From Lytechinus pictus (Eukaryota): DNA of 64,000 nucleotides. Position numbers and translations under genes: made by a program. Within the stretch, counting starts at the first letter, position 1, and each line of letters starts with the position of its first letter. Positions 39,655-52,862 of this stretch are shown in pieces. The notes below the pieces were generated by a model. It was not told the DNA's origin and ran no database searches. It worked only from the letters and a program-made list of their open reading frames with translations. The stretch lies in contig NC_087246.1 in the NCBI RefSeq assembly GCF_037042905.1, positions 8,434,001-8,498,000 on the forward strand, read 5' to 3'.

Positions 39655-41366
39655 TACGTCGCAACAACAGGGTGAATGGTGACCTGAGTGTTTGTCCAGT
39701 GATACCCCTGTGGGGCATCTTGAGCTTGACATGTGTAATTTTCACCATTGTCCATACAAACAACGACTGTGTCTTCTGGCGGCTTTTGGGTGACATTTCG
39801 ATATTGATCATGCTGCCATTTAGCATTAAACAGATGCACTGAAAATGGACCAAGTTCTTCGACTAACTCGTCAACGAGATCCTGTACAGTTCCGTCTTTT
39901 GTTATCTACATTGTACGCCAAAACTGTCCGTCATGTGTGTTTTTCTCCCACTTCTGCCACTGGATTGGTTTCTCTGACGACTCACTGAGAAAAGATTGGA
40001 GATGGCTGGTAACTTGTTGTGTGCCACAGTTGAGACATTCTCTGTCCAAGCACCTCTTCTTCCTGTCCTCACTGCCAGATGTGGGACACAATGTCATGCA
40101 GGACGCTTCATACTTGTTGCTGATCTGCAAGTCGGCCTTTCCGTTTGAACACACTAGTTTATTAACGGCTTTCAATTTCAGTTCTACATTCACACAATAT
40201 TCGCAGAGGCACTCTCGGAACCGATTTTGTGTGTGGGGTAGAACATGCCTCGGTCGTAGTTTCTTAAACTTTGAAAAGCTAACCTTGATCTCTGGAAATG
40301 TTTCCCTGAACTGTTTGTATGCGCAGAGAAGTGACACCGCCATGACTCTCCTCCCAATGATGCTACCACCTTCCTTGATGGCACTTCTCACATTGGGGAC
40401 ATCCGCACTGATGTTCCCACGACTGTAAAAGTCCTGGATTGTTTTCACCTGATTAGGTTCCATGACGTCTCTCCTCTGGTCTCGATGTTCTTCCCATCCA
40501 GGCTGCTCACAGCAGGCTTTCACTCTACGTTTGATTTTCTTCAATACCCCTATGGATCTGAGCATCTTCTTGCTTTGTTCTTTCACGAGAACAGCATGAG
40601 CAATTAGTCTTTTGTTCCTTATGTGTCGTTTACTTCGTGAATCTTTCAATGTTCCCATGGTGGTTGAAATGGAATTGGCCACTAACAATTTTTTACGGCA
40701 ATCGGGACTCATCATACCAAGTTTATGCTGAATGATTCTTTTTGATGTGGGTGTTTGCTGCTGAATGCTAGCATACAGTACCTCTGCTTTTAGACTTCTG
40801 GACCGTGGCAAACTTTTCATTACTTTTTTTTATATCGACGTGTAGTTGAGCGTGCTGGAGCTGGAGAAGGGGGTGGTGGTCCTTCCTGACTAATCACCGG
40901 GGTGGCAACATTTTTCTTCACCTTTTTGGCATGGTACCTTTCTCTTTTCTTCTGATTGATGGCACGCTTTTTTTGGGTGGATAAGCTCTCCCTCTAAGCT
41001 TTCTTAGCATCTCTCCAAGACTTGCGTTGTTTCTCTGTGTTGTTCCTCGTCCGGTGTCGTCTTTCCTCTTGCCATTTGTCTGTAACGTCGTTGTCGCTCA
41101 CGTTGCAATTCTTTTGCTCTTTGTTTGGCCTCCTCACTTTGCCTATTTCTGTAGTCCTTGATCCTCGCGTTCTCTTGTTTTCTGAATGCCTTGTATATCT
41201 CTTTGCAATTTTTTCTTCTGCTGCGATATTCCCTGTGGTATTCAGCCTTTCCCCGCCGGTTTGATTCCTTGAGTACGATAGGAGGTATTGTCTTCTTTTT
41301 TGGTGCTCTTGGACGTAATGCTCTTTTCTCTGCAACAGCTGCACTCTCAGTCTCAGAACCATCCAT
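39655..41366 (-). pseudogene. Sola2-type DDD transposase, frameshifted and 3'-truncated
   Basis: Basic N-terminus; KVSFSKFKKLRPRHV...RECLCEYCVN; CLDRECLNC; HLFNAKWQ; MDNGENYTCQAQDAPQGYHWTNTQVTIHP (the DFxENY..QD..Q..HW..Q.T.HP motif). Confidence 0.7.
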
Positions 41367-41444
41367 CTTGCCTGATAAAAAAAAATGTTGAATTGTCTAC
41401 ATATTAATCTAAATTCAGATACACGTGAATAAATAATTCCTTAA

Positions 41445-41906
41445 CCCTAATCCCATTGGGCTTTTTGACGGTCTTGAGTCCATGGGGGGGGGGGCCTTTC
41501 CCCCCCCCCAGATCTCGGCACAAATGCACCGATTGACTTGAAAATTGGCACGTTTGTAAAACACCTCGAGAAGAATAAGTAAATCAAATTCTTTTTTTTT
41601 AATCGGACATTTAGTTTTTTTTTATATAATTTATTAAATATTTGAATATGCAAATTTTTGTTTCCTGCTCAAATACTTTCGAATAATGTAATTATCCACA
41701 TCCATGCTTAATATTGTGCTAAATTATATCAAAAATTTGAATATGCAAATTTTTGTTTCCTGCTCAAATACTTTCGAATAATGTAATTATCCACATCCAT
41801 GCTTAATATTGTGCTAAATTATATCAAAAATTTGCATAAATTTGCATATTTTCTTATTTCTTATGTATTTTATCGTTTTATGTACGCCTCCCCAATTGGA
41901 TTAGGG
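41445..41906. mobile_element. piggyBac-type MITE containing a 95-bp tandem duplication
   Basis: TTAA|CCCTAATCCCATTGGG ... CCCAATTGGATTAGGG|TTAA. Segment 41641-41735 is repeated at 41736-41830. Confidence 0.85.
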
Positions 41907-44639
41907 TTAAATATATCAAAATTGCCTCAACCCAAACATCTATCATCTAATTCACACACTTTGGGTGTTCACCTCAACCAAATTTGAATTCGGAAGTCAC
42001 TAAATGGGTTCAAGGAAGATGTAAAGTTTTTGTGTTATTGAACTACACAGCTAACGAACTATGTATGGAACTTAGTCAGTGTGAGAAAGCTCACAATATC
42101 TTAACCAAAGAGCTGACCCCTTACATGATTTTTTCTATCATACAACAGCCATACATGTAGCTGTCTTTATGCGTTACTGAGCACACCAAAAAAACTTTTA
42201 AAAAATGGCTGGCATATGTAGGCCTATTGTCCCACACATAGCATTCCATGTAAGCTGTCACACACTGCAGCCTGTTGTCAGAGTTATGAACACAAATTTT
42301 TGCAGTGAACCACCTTAAAGCACCTCACAAAAATGGAAAATTTATTATGTATTGCGCTGCTGAAGTTAATTTTAATTTCATATTGCATATTTTTCATCAA
42401 TGATTTCATTGATAGATTTTTCTTTTTACTTGTTTGCGTTCATCACTCGGACGCCGTTGGCTTGAAGTCCTGGTTATGAACACAAATTAGATGACTAAAT
42501 ATAGACTCAGTTTTATGCTAAAAATGTTTAATACTGCACATACTAAACTAATATAGCTTGTTTAAAGTCTATGATGAAAAATAAAATGAAAAAATATTGG
42601 TTACCTTCACTGTTGCTCTAAAATATATCAGAGCTTTTTGCGTGCATAACCAGGACATAAATAATTGTTGTCCAAAGTTATGAACACAAATTGTAAAAAT
42701 AAAATCCTACACACCAGGCCACACATCCAACGCTGTACTAATACGGAAGTTTTAAAATAATTTGTCCCGAAATACCTACTTCAAACTTAAGGAAATAATT
42801 CAAACAAATTGATCGCAAAACTGTAAATTTCTCCATTCCATTTACGTACATAACATAAGACGGCAAAACGCCTACGTCTGAGTTATGCACGCAAAGTGGG
42901 CTGCAAACTGCGATTAAAATTAAGTCTCGTAAAATAATTTTCCGACATCCCATCTTCAAGAGTGAATCGTTGTGTTATTACACATCGTGGAGAGATATTT
43001 TACCGTTTTGACGGCATTCATTTCCAGGGTTTCATAATTTCTGATTGGTATTTGTCAGCTTGTCACGTCTTTGAAAATGTGGACATGATGGATGAAGGCG
43101 AAAAAGTACGATACAAAACACTCGATAAAATTATCATCACGATATCAAACAGCAATCACAGCATTGTAATTCGGATAAAAACAGGTTTATATCATACATC
43201 TTACCTTCCACTCGACGACTTCTTTTTCTTGGAGCAAAGTGAAGAACGAAAAATAACCAATTCACCACGGCATGCGACCCTCCAATTCAACTCAGTTTGC
43301 GTACATAACCCAACTGGTAGGACGAGACACGACCGATACAGATCGCCTGTAGCGTGTGCACTGCGTCGAAGTCGAAAGCTTTCATGCTGATTATAACTAG
43401 TGGCAATATACGTTGCCAAACAACGGCATATTTTGACAATTACAAATTTTCGTCTTTTAAAAAATGGTGCGTTTGCGTTCATAACGGGATGGACACAAAA
43501 AATAATGAAAAATTTTAGAAATGAATTATGTCGTCGGGAAAAACACAAAACCAAATATATGATCGGTACTGTTTTGCCATTAATTGAAACTCTTCAAATT
43601 GGCCACAAATAAGACCCAGATGATTATTCTACCTATATTTTGAGCGGGACAAGTCAGGGCCGGGCCGGAGGACACGAAGCGTTTTGTACGCAAACATATA
43701 TTTTGGCGGGTAATAAAATCTTTCAAGAAGTCAATCTCACGAAATAAACAAATCGAACACACACTACTGACATTTTCTTATAATTTAATTGGCATTTTGT
43801 TAACAGAAAGATATATTTCTTACAGCAGTAAATAAAACAAACTTTGTCATTCCCGTGTGCAACATTTCATACGGCAAAAAACCTTATTTGGTGCCTTAAA
43901 AAATTCAATTAAAAATCAGGAAAACAAGTTGGGTTATATTTTCAGGTCATTTCAGCTTATCTTATATTTTCTTCTGAAGATAAAAGTAAGTTTGATGGTT
44001 AGGATGATTTTATTTTATTACTGTGAAGATTTAAATTGTCCTATGACAAGGGGTACCCATGATTGGAGCCATGCACATATATTATATAAAATATAAAACA
44101 ATTAAAACACGAGTAAGTGAATGCAACGTAAAATCAATCTATTGTAAGAAATGTGGGTGGAGTGACGCATAAACGGTTACTAATTTATATATATATTCAT
44201 AGACTAAAAAAAAGGTGCACAAAGGAATCTTATTTCAGTCAATGGAGAAAGAACTCGCGAAGCTCTCTTCGCCAATAGAGGAATTTGAATACGACAAGCC
44301 AACTGTATCATTACCAGTGGTCTGCTTTGTAAGTATTACATCAAGAAAAAAATTTGAGAATAAAATGATTACAAAGAGCACAATAGTAAGGAAATTCATG
44401 CAAAATGAATTTTGAGGAATACCCCTCATAACGGATTGTTGAATTCTAAGAAATGATGATCTATCCATCTTAAGGTATTCAACAGCAACAACAACCTTCT
44501 TAAGAAGGATAATATAAAAAGTGAATCTGAAAATTTAGGACAATGTATAAATACACATTTGAAGGGGGTATAAGCGTGTCTTTTTCTATAAAATCTATGA
44601 GAATACCACCTTTCATTATATATGTTTCTCTATATTTTA

Positions 44640-45838
44640 AGGGATATCCTCATGTCCTATTTTTAGTACCGTCCCCCACTCGAACCCTTTTCGTGAAAAC
44701 AATCCGATAATCTTTTTTCCTCTCTTCTGTATGGATGGTCTTAGTCTGTATATATTGCGTACTATTTTAGATACATTTATTGCACGTTTTGAGTTTTGAG
44801 ATATGAGTTCTCTTAATGCATTGTGGTTGATAACAAGCGAATTTGCATTATTCAAGGTAAAACCTCTTACTTTACAGACGGTATTCCCTACCTTACCTTA
44901 AGTTAGTTTTGTAACTATAATTTTTTAGGCCACCACACAGCCATGTGTATTCTTCATTGGTAGCGTCGATTTCATTTGTTAGATACCCCAAATAATCGCC
45001 CATTTGGGGTCAGAGGATTCGAGTGAGGGATTTGTTCTAAACACCACGCTGTCCATATCATGGTACAGGAACCTATCCCCAAGCATTTCTAATACAGAAT
45101 ACAACTTCAACCTTGCTAGGGCAGTGATAAAGCTTGCTACGATAATGTTAGTGTAAACATTTTGGTCTACAAACCCCTCGCTGCGTGTGTAATTTATCTG
45201 TACCATTTTATTCACAACTGTAATGTCATGAATGGTAACACTGTCATCATTGAAACATTCAAGTAATTCCACAGAGGTTTTTACATACTTGGTGTGACTC
45301 AAGTTATTACGTTCGGCGAATTTCCCTCAAAGTACATTCATGATTTGTTTTGAAATGGCGCGTAGGCCTGGATTCTTTACAATATTTTGAGGGTCAAGCA
45401 AAATACCTTCGTGTTCGAAGTAGTTTTTCACATATTGTTTTTGCTCTTCCGGTGTTTTCACATCGGATGGATACCCCGATGCCTCCTGCTTTTATTTCAT
45501 GAAGGCATATCTATGTACCCTGCGAAAAGACAACCCGATTTCGTATATTCTTCATAATGGTTAGATCTCTCAAAATGCCAAACCTCACGCATACGCAGAT
45601 CATAATAGCTGTTTTCTCTTGCTATCCGAATGTGCACACTTACTTTGATTGAGGGATTCTTCGCATGCCACGCAGAGAGGAAACGCTAATTTATTGAAGG
45701 ATCAGTAAGGCAGTACAGGGTGGTAGAGGTTTTATGGAAGTGTAATTTCACATTGAATTAGCCCAAATATCTGACCAACAGGTGGGTAATTGTCATGAAG
45801 AATGCGCGGGTGACCCAAAGGGTATTATCGACCAAACT
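44640..45838 (-). pseudogene. Polinton/Maverick (adintovirus-like) protein-primed DNA polymerase B, C-terminal half, decayed
   Basis: YPLGHPRI, YHPVLP, KLAFPLC, KQEASGYP, KNPGLRAISKQIMNVL*GKF, ASFITALARLKLY, LYHDMDSVVF (YxDTDS equivalent), GLKNYSY, CKVRGFTLN. Confidence 0.88.
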
Positions 45839-46069
45839 TGGGTTGTAGGTGTAGTTCATTTTGAGGTCAACATTAAAGTTTATGGGCAAGACTCTTATTC
45901 CATCCCAGTCATTTCACAATGAAGTTTTGATACAATTTTGTTGCATGCCCTCACAAATCACAATATTTCTGGTTATTTTCATAAGTGGGCGAGACATAAT
46001 ATCGCTTATGCCTTGTTTGTTCCTCACAAGGATTTTTGCAAATCCACTGCTAATTGATAGTCGATAACT

Positions 46070-47275
46070 TACCTTCCTTATTTACATCATTTTCTGCTGC
46101 TGCAGCCAAGTTCAGGTTCTTGAGCTCCAATCCTTGCTTGGCAGTCTTGCATATTTCTAGTAGTGGCTCTGCATAATTAGAAAACCCTGCTTATAACTTT
46201 TCCTTGATTGGTTCCTCTGTCAGCCTTTCAAACTCTCTGTACATCTAATATAAAGAAGAAGCAGAATACAAGCGAAACTTGGGTTATTTTGGTATTGAAG
46301 AAACAGAATGGGCATGTGACACAATCAAGAATTATTTCCAAGGCCATTTATGAATTCTTACTCCTTTGCATCAATGACCCAACTTGACTCCTAGCTTATA
46401 TCTTTGACCTCACACAAGTTAGAATCAGTGACACTCTAGTTATCTAATGACCACTGCATCAGATTCCCATTGATGAGCAAAAATGTATGAAATTTAAATG
46501 AGCCTACATATTGGCCATTTTAAATTCATGTATCAGTTGTTCATATAATTAATTTTGTTGAGCAGTTGACAACTTAAGCGACTGGTTAACATTGTGGTTG
46601 ATCGATTTAAAAAATTCAAAACTGAGCTGCCTGATCAGTCTTTTTAGATTTATGTTAAGATGAATAAAAAAAAACAACCAGATGCAAAAATGATTAAAGT
46701 AACACATTTACCAGCAATTTTTGGTGCGAAATGAAAGTACAAAATTATGCGTGACTCTATCGTGCAAATGGTCTTAAAAGATGCGGAAGATTGGAAGGGA
46801 CAAAAGTGTTTAAACTTCGCTGCGAGGGCATTTTGCGTTTCAGGTATATTGTGCGAAAGGGGGGGGGGGCGCTCTCACAATGTTAACCAATGTCTTTAAA
46901 CTTACCTGATCTTGAAGAAAAAGGCAAGTTTACATCTCCTTCATGTATGGTACAGTCCAGTTGCTGTTGATCATACCATTTCGCCTATGAGTTAAAGTGA
47001 CAGACATGAGATGATATATCATTTCCTTGTCCTGTCTTGTTTTTCTGGATTCAGTCTGGAGCATCTTGACATATGTTCACTGATGGTTCCTTCATCTTCA
47101 CCCTCAGGGGGCGGAGGTAGGTAGTTTTTGATACCATACATCTGCTTGTTTGCTTGGTCTCGTTTGGATGTAGTTGACTTTGTTTTTTTTCCCATTTGTG
47201 CCAACGGATTGTCGCGTTCCTGATGCTTCCTGCAATCTCTAAACTTATTGCTGAGCGACTTCTTCCAATAGCCCT
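46070..47275 (-). pseudogene. SAMD3-like gene remnant, two exons (copy F)
   Basis: GYWKKSLSNKFRDCRK...MYGIKNYLPPPPEGEDEGTISEH; the next exon reads MYREFERLTEEPIKEK. Confidence 0.55.
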
Positions 47276-47464
47276 GTAAAAATTAATGAATTTCTAAGCA
47301 AACAGCCTGTGTGAATGAAGGAATAAATACACTTAAATGAATTACAAGATGAATTGTAATCATTATCAAACAAAAAATACATTCTCAGCTTGGAACCATG
47401 TAACACTAAAGCAGATCATTATGATGTCATATCAAAGGGGAACAGAGAATTTAACAATAATATT

Positions 47465-47720
47465 TACTCGCACAGGATGTTCAGTGATACTTGATTACTC
47501 TTATGACCTAGTTTTATGAACTGTACCAATACAATTTCAGAGTTATGATGGTAATTCAACAAATACCCCGAAATGGCCAAAGTTCATTGACCTTTGATCT
47601 TGGTTAGAATGTGACCTGAAACTCGCACAGGATGTTCAGTAATACTTGATGATTACTCTTATGTCCAAGTTTCATGAATCAGATCCATAAACTTTCAAAC
47701 TAATGATGGTAATTCAACCA
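47465..47720. repeat. Dispersed repeat fragment with TGACCTTTGA motif and an internal direct repeat
   Basis: ACTCGCACAGGATGTTCAGT...GATGGTAATTCAAC occurs twice. Confidence 0.5.
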
Positions 47721-47724
47721 AAAA

Positions 47725-50700
47725 TAGAAATATGTGCTGTCTGCTGAAGATATCTTCATAATATACTTGTACAAAAATATGTGCTGCCTACTAAAGATAG
47801 CTTGTACATAAATATGTGCTGTCTACTGAAGATAGCTTAATATACTTGTACATAAATATGTGCTGTCTACTGAAGATAGCTTGTACAGAAATATATGCTG
47901 TCTACTGAAGAAAGCTTGTACATAAATATATGCTGTCTACTGAAGATAGCTTGTACAGAAATATATGCTGTCTACTGAAGAAAGCTTGTACAGAAATATA
48001 TGCTGTCTACTGAAGAAAGCTTGTACAGAAATATATGGGTGATTCCATACGTGTCGTACGGGACATTTAGAGAACATTTGACAGTTTTTTTACAAGAAAA
48101 ACAAAAAAATATTCCAGTAACTAAAGGTGATCATCAAGTACTACCAGAGTGTTAGAAAAACCAAGTCTTAAAATGACTTGAATTCACATCCTGTATAATA
48201 CAGATTTAAAATAGTAATGTGTCGTACGGACGCAGAAAAAGTGTTTTTTTTCGAAACCTCAAGTTTGTACTCTAAAGTCTGTGAGTTGGACAGATAATTT
48301 TCATAGAAACTGAACTCTGATATTCAATTACCCAAGAATAAACACATCTATGAAAGAAAGCAAAATAAACATTCATGAATAAATAAAGCAAATTACAATT
48401 TTCGAGAACATTGTGGCGTACGGGACACTCAAAATGTGTCGTACGGGACATCTCTAAATTGAAGCCAAACTTTCTTACTTTATGTCTCTTTGACTTCTTC
48501 AATCACTTTATTTGGCTGATGATAATGATAATCCTATCAAACTAAAGACATTCATTATGTTAGAAACCGCTATTGGCTGAATATTTCTGTCAATATATCA
48601 TAAACAAAATAATGTGTCGTACGGGACACTTGTGTGTCGTACGGGACACTTGTGTGTTGTACAGGCACTTGCGTGTTGTACTGGGCAGCCTGAATAAAAC
48701 AATGAACTTTTTATCAATCAGAAGGGGAACATTGCCCCTAAATTCTTCCTTTTTAATGAAAAGTCTTTTAATAAGTAGTCATTCAGGACAATATAATTAA
48801 GTAACCTCAATATATACAATCGGGAGCAATATGTTATCATTATTTTTTTCATGATGGGAAATGTACAAGGGTTCACAGCATTTTTACGAGCTGAAAAACC
48901 TGAGGTTTTGTGTGAAGTTATATTTTAGTGAATTAATTGATGATTTCCAATACACTATTTAAACAATGAATGAATAAAACTGTTTGTGTAAATTATGGGG
49001 CTAAAATGTTATAATTTTTCATATAAAATGTATATATACATGATATATGTCACAACTTTCACTTGTAATTCCACAAAATATTTTTTTCTAAAGAAATGCG
49101 GTTCTACTTTTTCAAACCTTTCTGCATTTCATGAAACCATATGGTTTGTCTTATTTTCCAGATTTTTTTTTGAACAACTTGAAAAAAGTAAGGAGTTTCA
49201 ATACTGTATATAAAAAATTGTGATCATCCAGGGAAGTCCAAATAGTTGATTGATATGTAATTTTGTTTTTACGTCTTATAATAATTCCTAATTAGCATGC
49301 AAGAGGAAGACATCTTCCAGGTTAGGGTGAATCAATTATAAAGGTATTCTTTTCATGCTCAGTGACAAAGAAATTAACCTGCTCTGACGAGTGAAAATCA
49401 CCAGTTTAGTTGAAGGGATTCACAAAAGAATACACCTACATGAAATCAATTAAAATGGTTAGAATCACCTATTTCATGTTCTATGGAGATTAAAAAAGTA
49501 TTTTTTCAGTTCACTTTATGTCAAATCAGTTACTTGAATTAAAATAGGCCTACTACTTATAGTTTCTGAATCCAAATCCTGCAATTAAATGCATTATATA
49601 TTGTGTGTCGCACGGGACATGTCCCGTACGACACAGTGTGTGTCGTACGGGACAACTTTTAATAGGACAATTATTGAAAAATGAAGGGCAGTAATTAGAT
49701 CTTTATGGGATAAATCGATCACCCATGGGTCAAAGAAAGAGAAACTGATATTATGAAATTGCATCATCAAAAATAAAATTGTAGGAAAAACTTTTGCATT
49801 TTCATGTGTCGTACGGGACATTGCCAAAAATAGGTTCGGAAAAATCAGGGCTGCCCCTATTATGGATCATGAAAATGTTGTAGACATTATTTGGAACCAT
49901 CAATGATATATTATTCCATTGACCTGCAATATTTTCAATCTTCTCGTGCTTTGCCAATAATTGTTTCAGGCAGTGTTTGTATTTGACTATTTAATTAGCA
50001 AAGTTATTGAAAATTGAAAATTCCATTGTTCCCCCCAAAAAAACTATATCTGACTTCACTTTTGGTTAAAACTCATAATTTTCATAAAATTTAGGTATCA
50101 TAGTAAAATATTACACTACTTATGACTTATTGAAAGCATGTTTAAATGTATGATATTTTTGAAGTTCTAGTGTGGAATCGCCCATATGCTGTCTACTGAA
50201 GAAAGCTTGTTCAGAAGTATATGCTGTCTACCGAAGAAAGCTTGGACAGAAATATATGCTTTCTACTGAAGAAAGCTTGTACAGAAATATGTGCTGTCTA
50301 CTGAAGATAGCTTGTTCAGAAGTATATGCTGTCTACTGAAGAAAGCTTGTAAATAAATATGTGCTGTCTACTGAAGATAGCTTGTTCAGAAGTATATGCT
50401 GTCTACTGAAGAAAGCTTGTAAATAAATATGTGCTGTCTACTGAAGAAAGCTTGTACATAAATATATGCTGTCTACTGAAGATAGCTTGTTCAGAAGTAT
50501 ATGCTGTCTACTGAAGAAAGCTTGTACATAAATATGTGCTGTCTACGGAAGATAGCTTGTTGAGAAGTATATGCTGTCTACTGAAGAAAGCTTGTACATA
50601 AATATATGCTGTCTACTGAAGATAGCTTGTTCAGAAGTATATGCTGTCTACTGAAGAAAGCTTGTACATACATATGTGCTGTCTACTGAAGAAAGCTTGT

Positions 50701-50900
50701 ACATAAATATATGCTGTCTACAGAAATATATGCTGTCTACTGAAAAAAGCTTGTACAGAAATATATGCTGTCTACTGAAGAAAGCTTAATACACCTGTAC
50801 CAAATATATGTTTTCTACTCAAGATTGCTTAATATAATTCTACCAAAAAATATGTGCTGTCTACTGAAGATTGCTTGTACATAAATATGTGCTGTCTACT
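47725..50900 (+). repeat. 35-bp minisatellite array, split by a Sola2-like insertion
   Basis: Unit AATATATGCTGTCTACTGAAGAAAGCTTGTACAGA in tandem at 47725-48036 and 50184-50900. Confidence 0.95.
48037..50183. mobile_element. Non-autonomous Sola2-like DNA transposon (2.15 kb)
   Basis: TIR GGGTGATTCCATAC / GTGTGGAATCGCCC (GRG...CYC ends); ATAT 4-bp TSD (48033-48036, 50184-50187); about 10 internal TGTGTCGTACGGGACA motifs. Confidence 0.75.
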
Positions 50901-52042
50901 TTAGATAGATTGTACAGCAATATGTGCTGACAACTGGCACTCCATAAAAGTCTGGTCTAAATTCAGCCAGGTTTAACTTAAGCATGGCTATCAGAATACC
51001 ACCCAAGAAGTTTAACACTGTCTTTTCCTGCTTGTCTGTAGTGAATAATGCTTTTGCAATAATAATCCACACATACTCAGTTAAGGTTTCTTCAACCCTC
51101 AAATCTTCAACCGGACTTAAAAAGTTGGATTGCAATAATCATAGATTGCAATAATCATTTTTTGTTGTTGTTGTAAACAAACATATATGTTTTCTTATCT
51201 TATACTATTTTGTATGTTAGACATGTTATTTTATATGCCAACGTCATCTGAACTTTTATATGTGATCCATTATATCATGAATGTTTCGTTATGTGTATTT
51301 TGATGAAAATGATCAATAAAACATGAATTACAAAAAAAATAATCATAGTAAATGTGTAACATCTTTTGTCATTTAAAATTTACACCATATAAGTATTGTC
51401 TTTTTATATCATATGTTTTTCAACAGTTCCATCAGTCTTGATTAGACTTTGCCCTTGAAGAATCTCACAGCATGCTTTCAGGCTATGGCCAATTTTGAAA
51501 GCAATACTAGTGATGGGGTAGAACTGACTTTATGCCTTGATTCCTGCTGCCAGCCTTGTAGACTTTACAATTTCCATAAATTTTTAAGCACACTTGCACG
51601 GTCAGCATTTGCCTTCCCATCATTATTTCCTCTACTACTGCATTATTGTGGCAATCTCTCTCAACCTTTGCCTGATGCACGAGTCTTGATCTTATCATGA
51701 CTATGTTTCTCTGTTAACACTTCAGCAAATGCCATTATCAGTTTGTCTGATCAGACAAGTCTGGTAACTATCATTCTTCATATATGGTAGAATTTCTTGT
51801 AAGGATCAGCCTTCTCGCTACATGTATGTAGCTCTTATTGTCTCTCCTATTCTTTGCTGGAAGCATAGGATCATGTTCATGATCTGATTTCAAACAGCAT
51901 TTGTGTTTCCACAGCTCAGATTTCACAATAAATCAGTAACACTAATAACATTTCAAGTATTCCTTTTCATCACTCACTGATCCAGGACGATACACGGCAA
52001 TGAGTTCTCCTTCCCCTTTATCTAGGACTGATACTTCATAAT

Positions 52043-52254
52043 TGTTGTGTATTTATAGGGTTCTTTATAGGGAACATCCAGTAATCAGTCTCGAAGACTA
52101 CAACTGTGTTTGATCAACGTTCATCTTTAATACGCACAAACTCTGGATTCACACTACATCAAGTTCGTATAACACGGAGTTCAATGAGTAACTATGTCGT
52201 TACTACGCTATCTATGAAGTGCCAACTGTATCAATGCAATATGTATATCTAACA
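52043..52254 (-). repeat. 3' LTR
   Basis: Direct repeat of 57212-57423, adjacent to the polypurine tract. Confidence 0.97.
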
Positions 52255-52862
52255 TTTCTCTCCCCTCCTAATATAAAAGTTGTATACCTGTGGTATAAAG
52301 AAATATGCATTTCATACATATTAATATGTAATTCTGTCACTTGTAATTCACCTTAAAATAACAAAAACATGATAATTGAACCATTACTACCAATTATTCA
52401 ATGTATCATACTATTGGTTTACCCATGTCCGTTTTCGATAGTAGAATAAACATTCTTTACTGTAATACCTTCACATATCCAAGTATAAATATTATTCTGT
52501 AATGAAACCAAGTCTGTCAAATTTACATTTTTGTGAGTTTAACTGTGTAATAAAATATCACTCAACCAAAGTAACTGTTCGTTTTGGGTAATTATTTGTG
52601 TTTGCTTCTCTAGTACTTATAAATTTTTAACATATGCATCTCTCATATTTAATGAGTTTGTTAATGTTAAATCTCCAAAGAACCTACTTTTCCATGGTTC
52701 ATGGTAAAAACTGAACATATTATCTCCAAAGAAAATAAGTTAATGCTACTGTTTGTAATAGTTAACCTTTAACATCAATATGCAAAATAAACAAAACAAC
52801 TGGTCACAGACTTTTGTGACACCTTTGAACACCAGATGCAATGACACCAATAAATCTTTAAC

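Noticed and set aside
43050..43800. Polinton protease or other viral ORFs next to the pPolB relic
   Set aside because: No catalytic motifs are recognisable in any ORF shown.
48051..49820. TGTGTCGTACGGGACA interspersed repeats as CRISPR-like
   Set aside because: Spacing is irregular, both orientations occur, and the repeats are enclosed by TIRs with a TSD.
47725..50900. 35-bp repeats as a CRISPR array
   Set aside because: Units are directly tandem with no unique spacers, there are no cas genes, and the context is eukaryotic.
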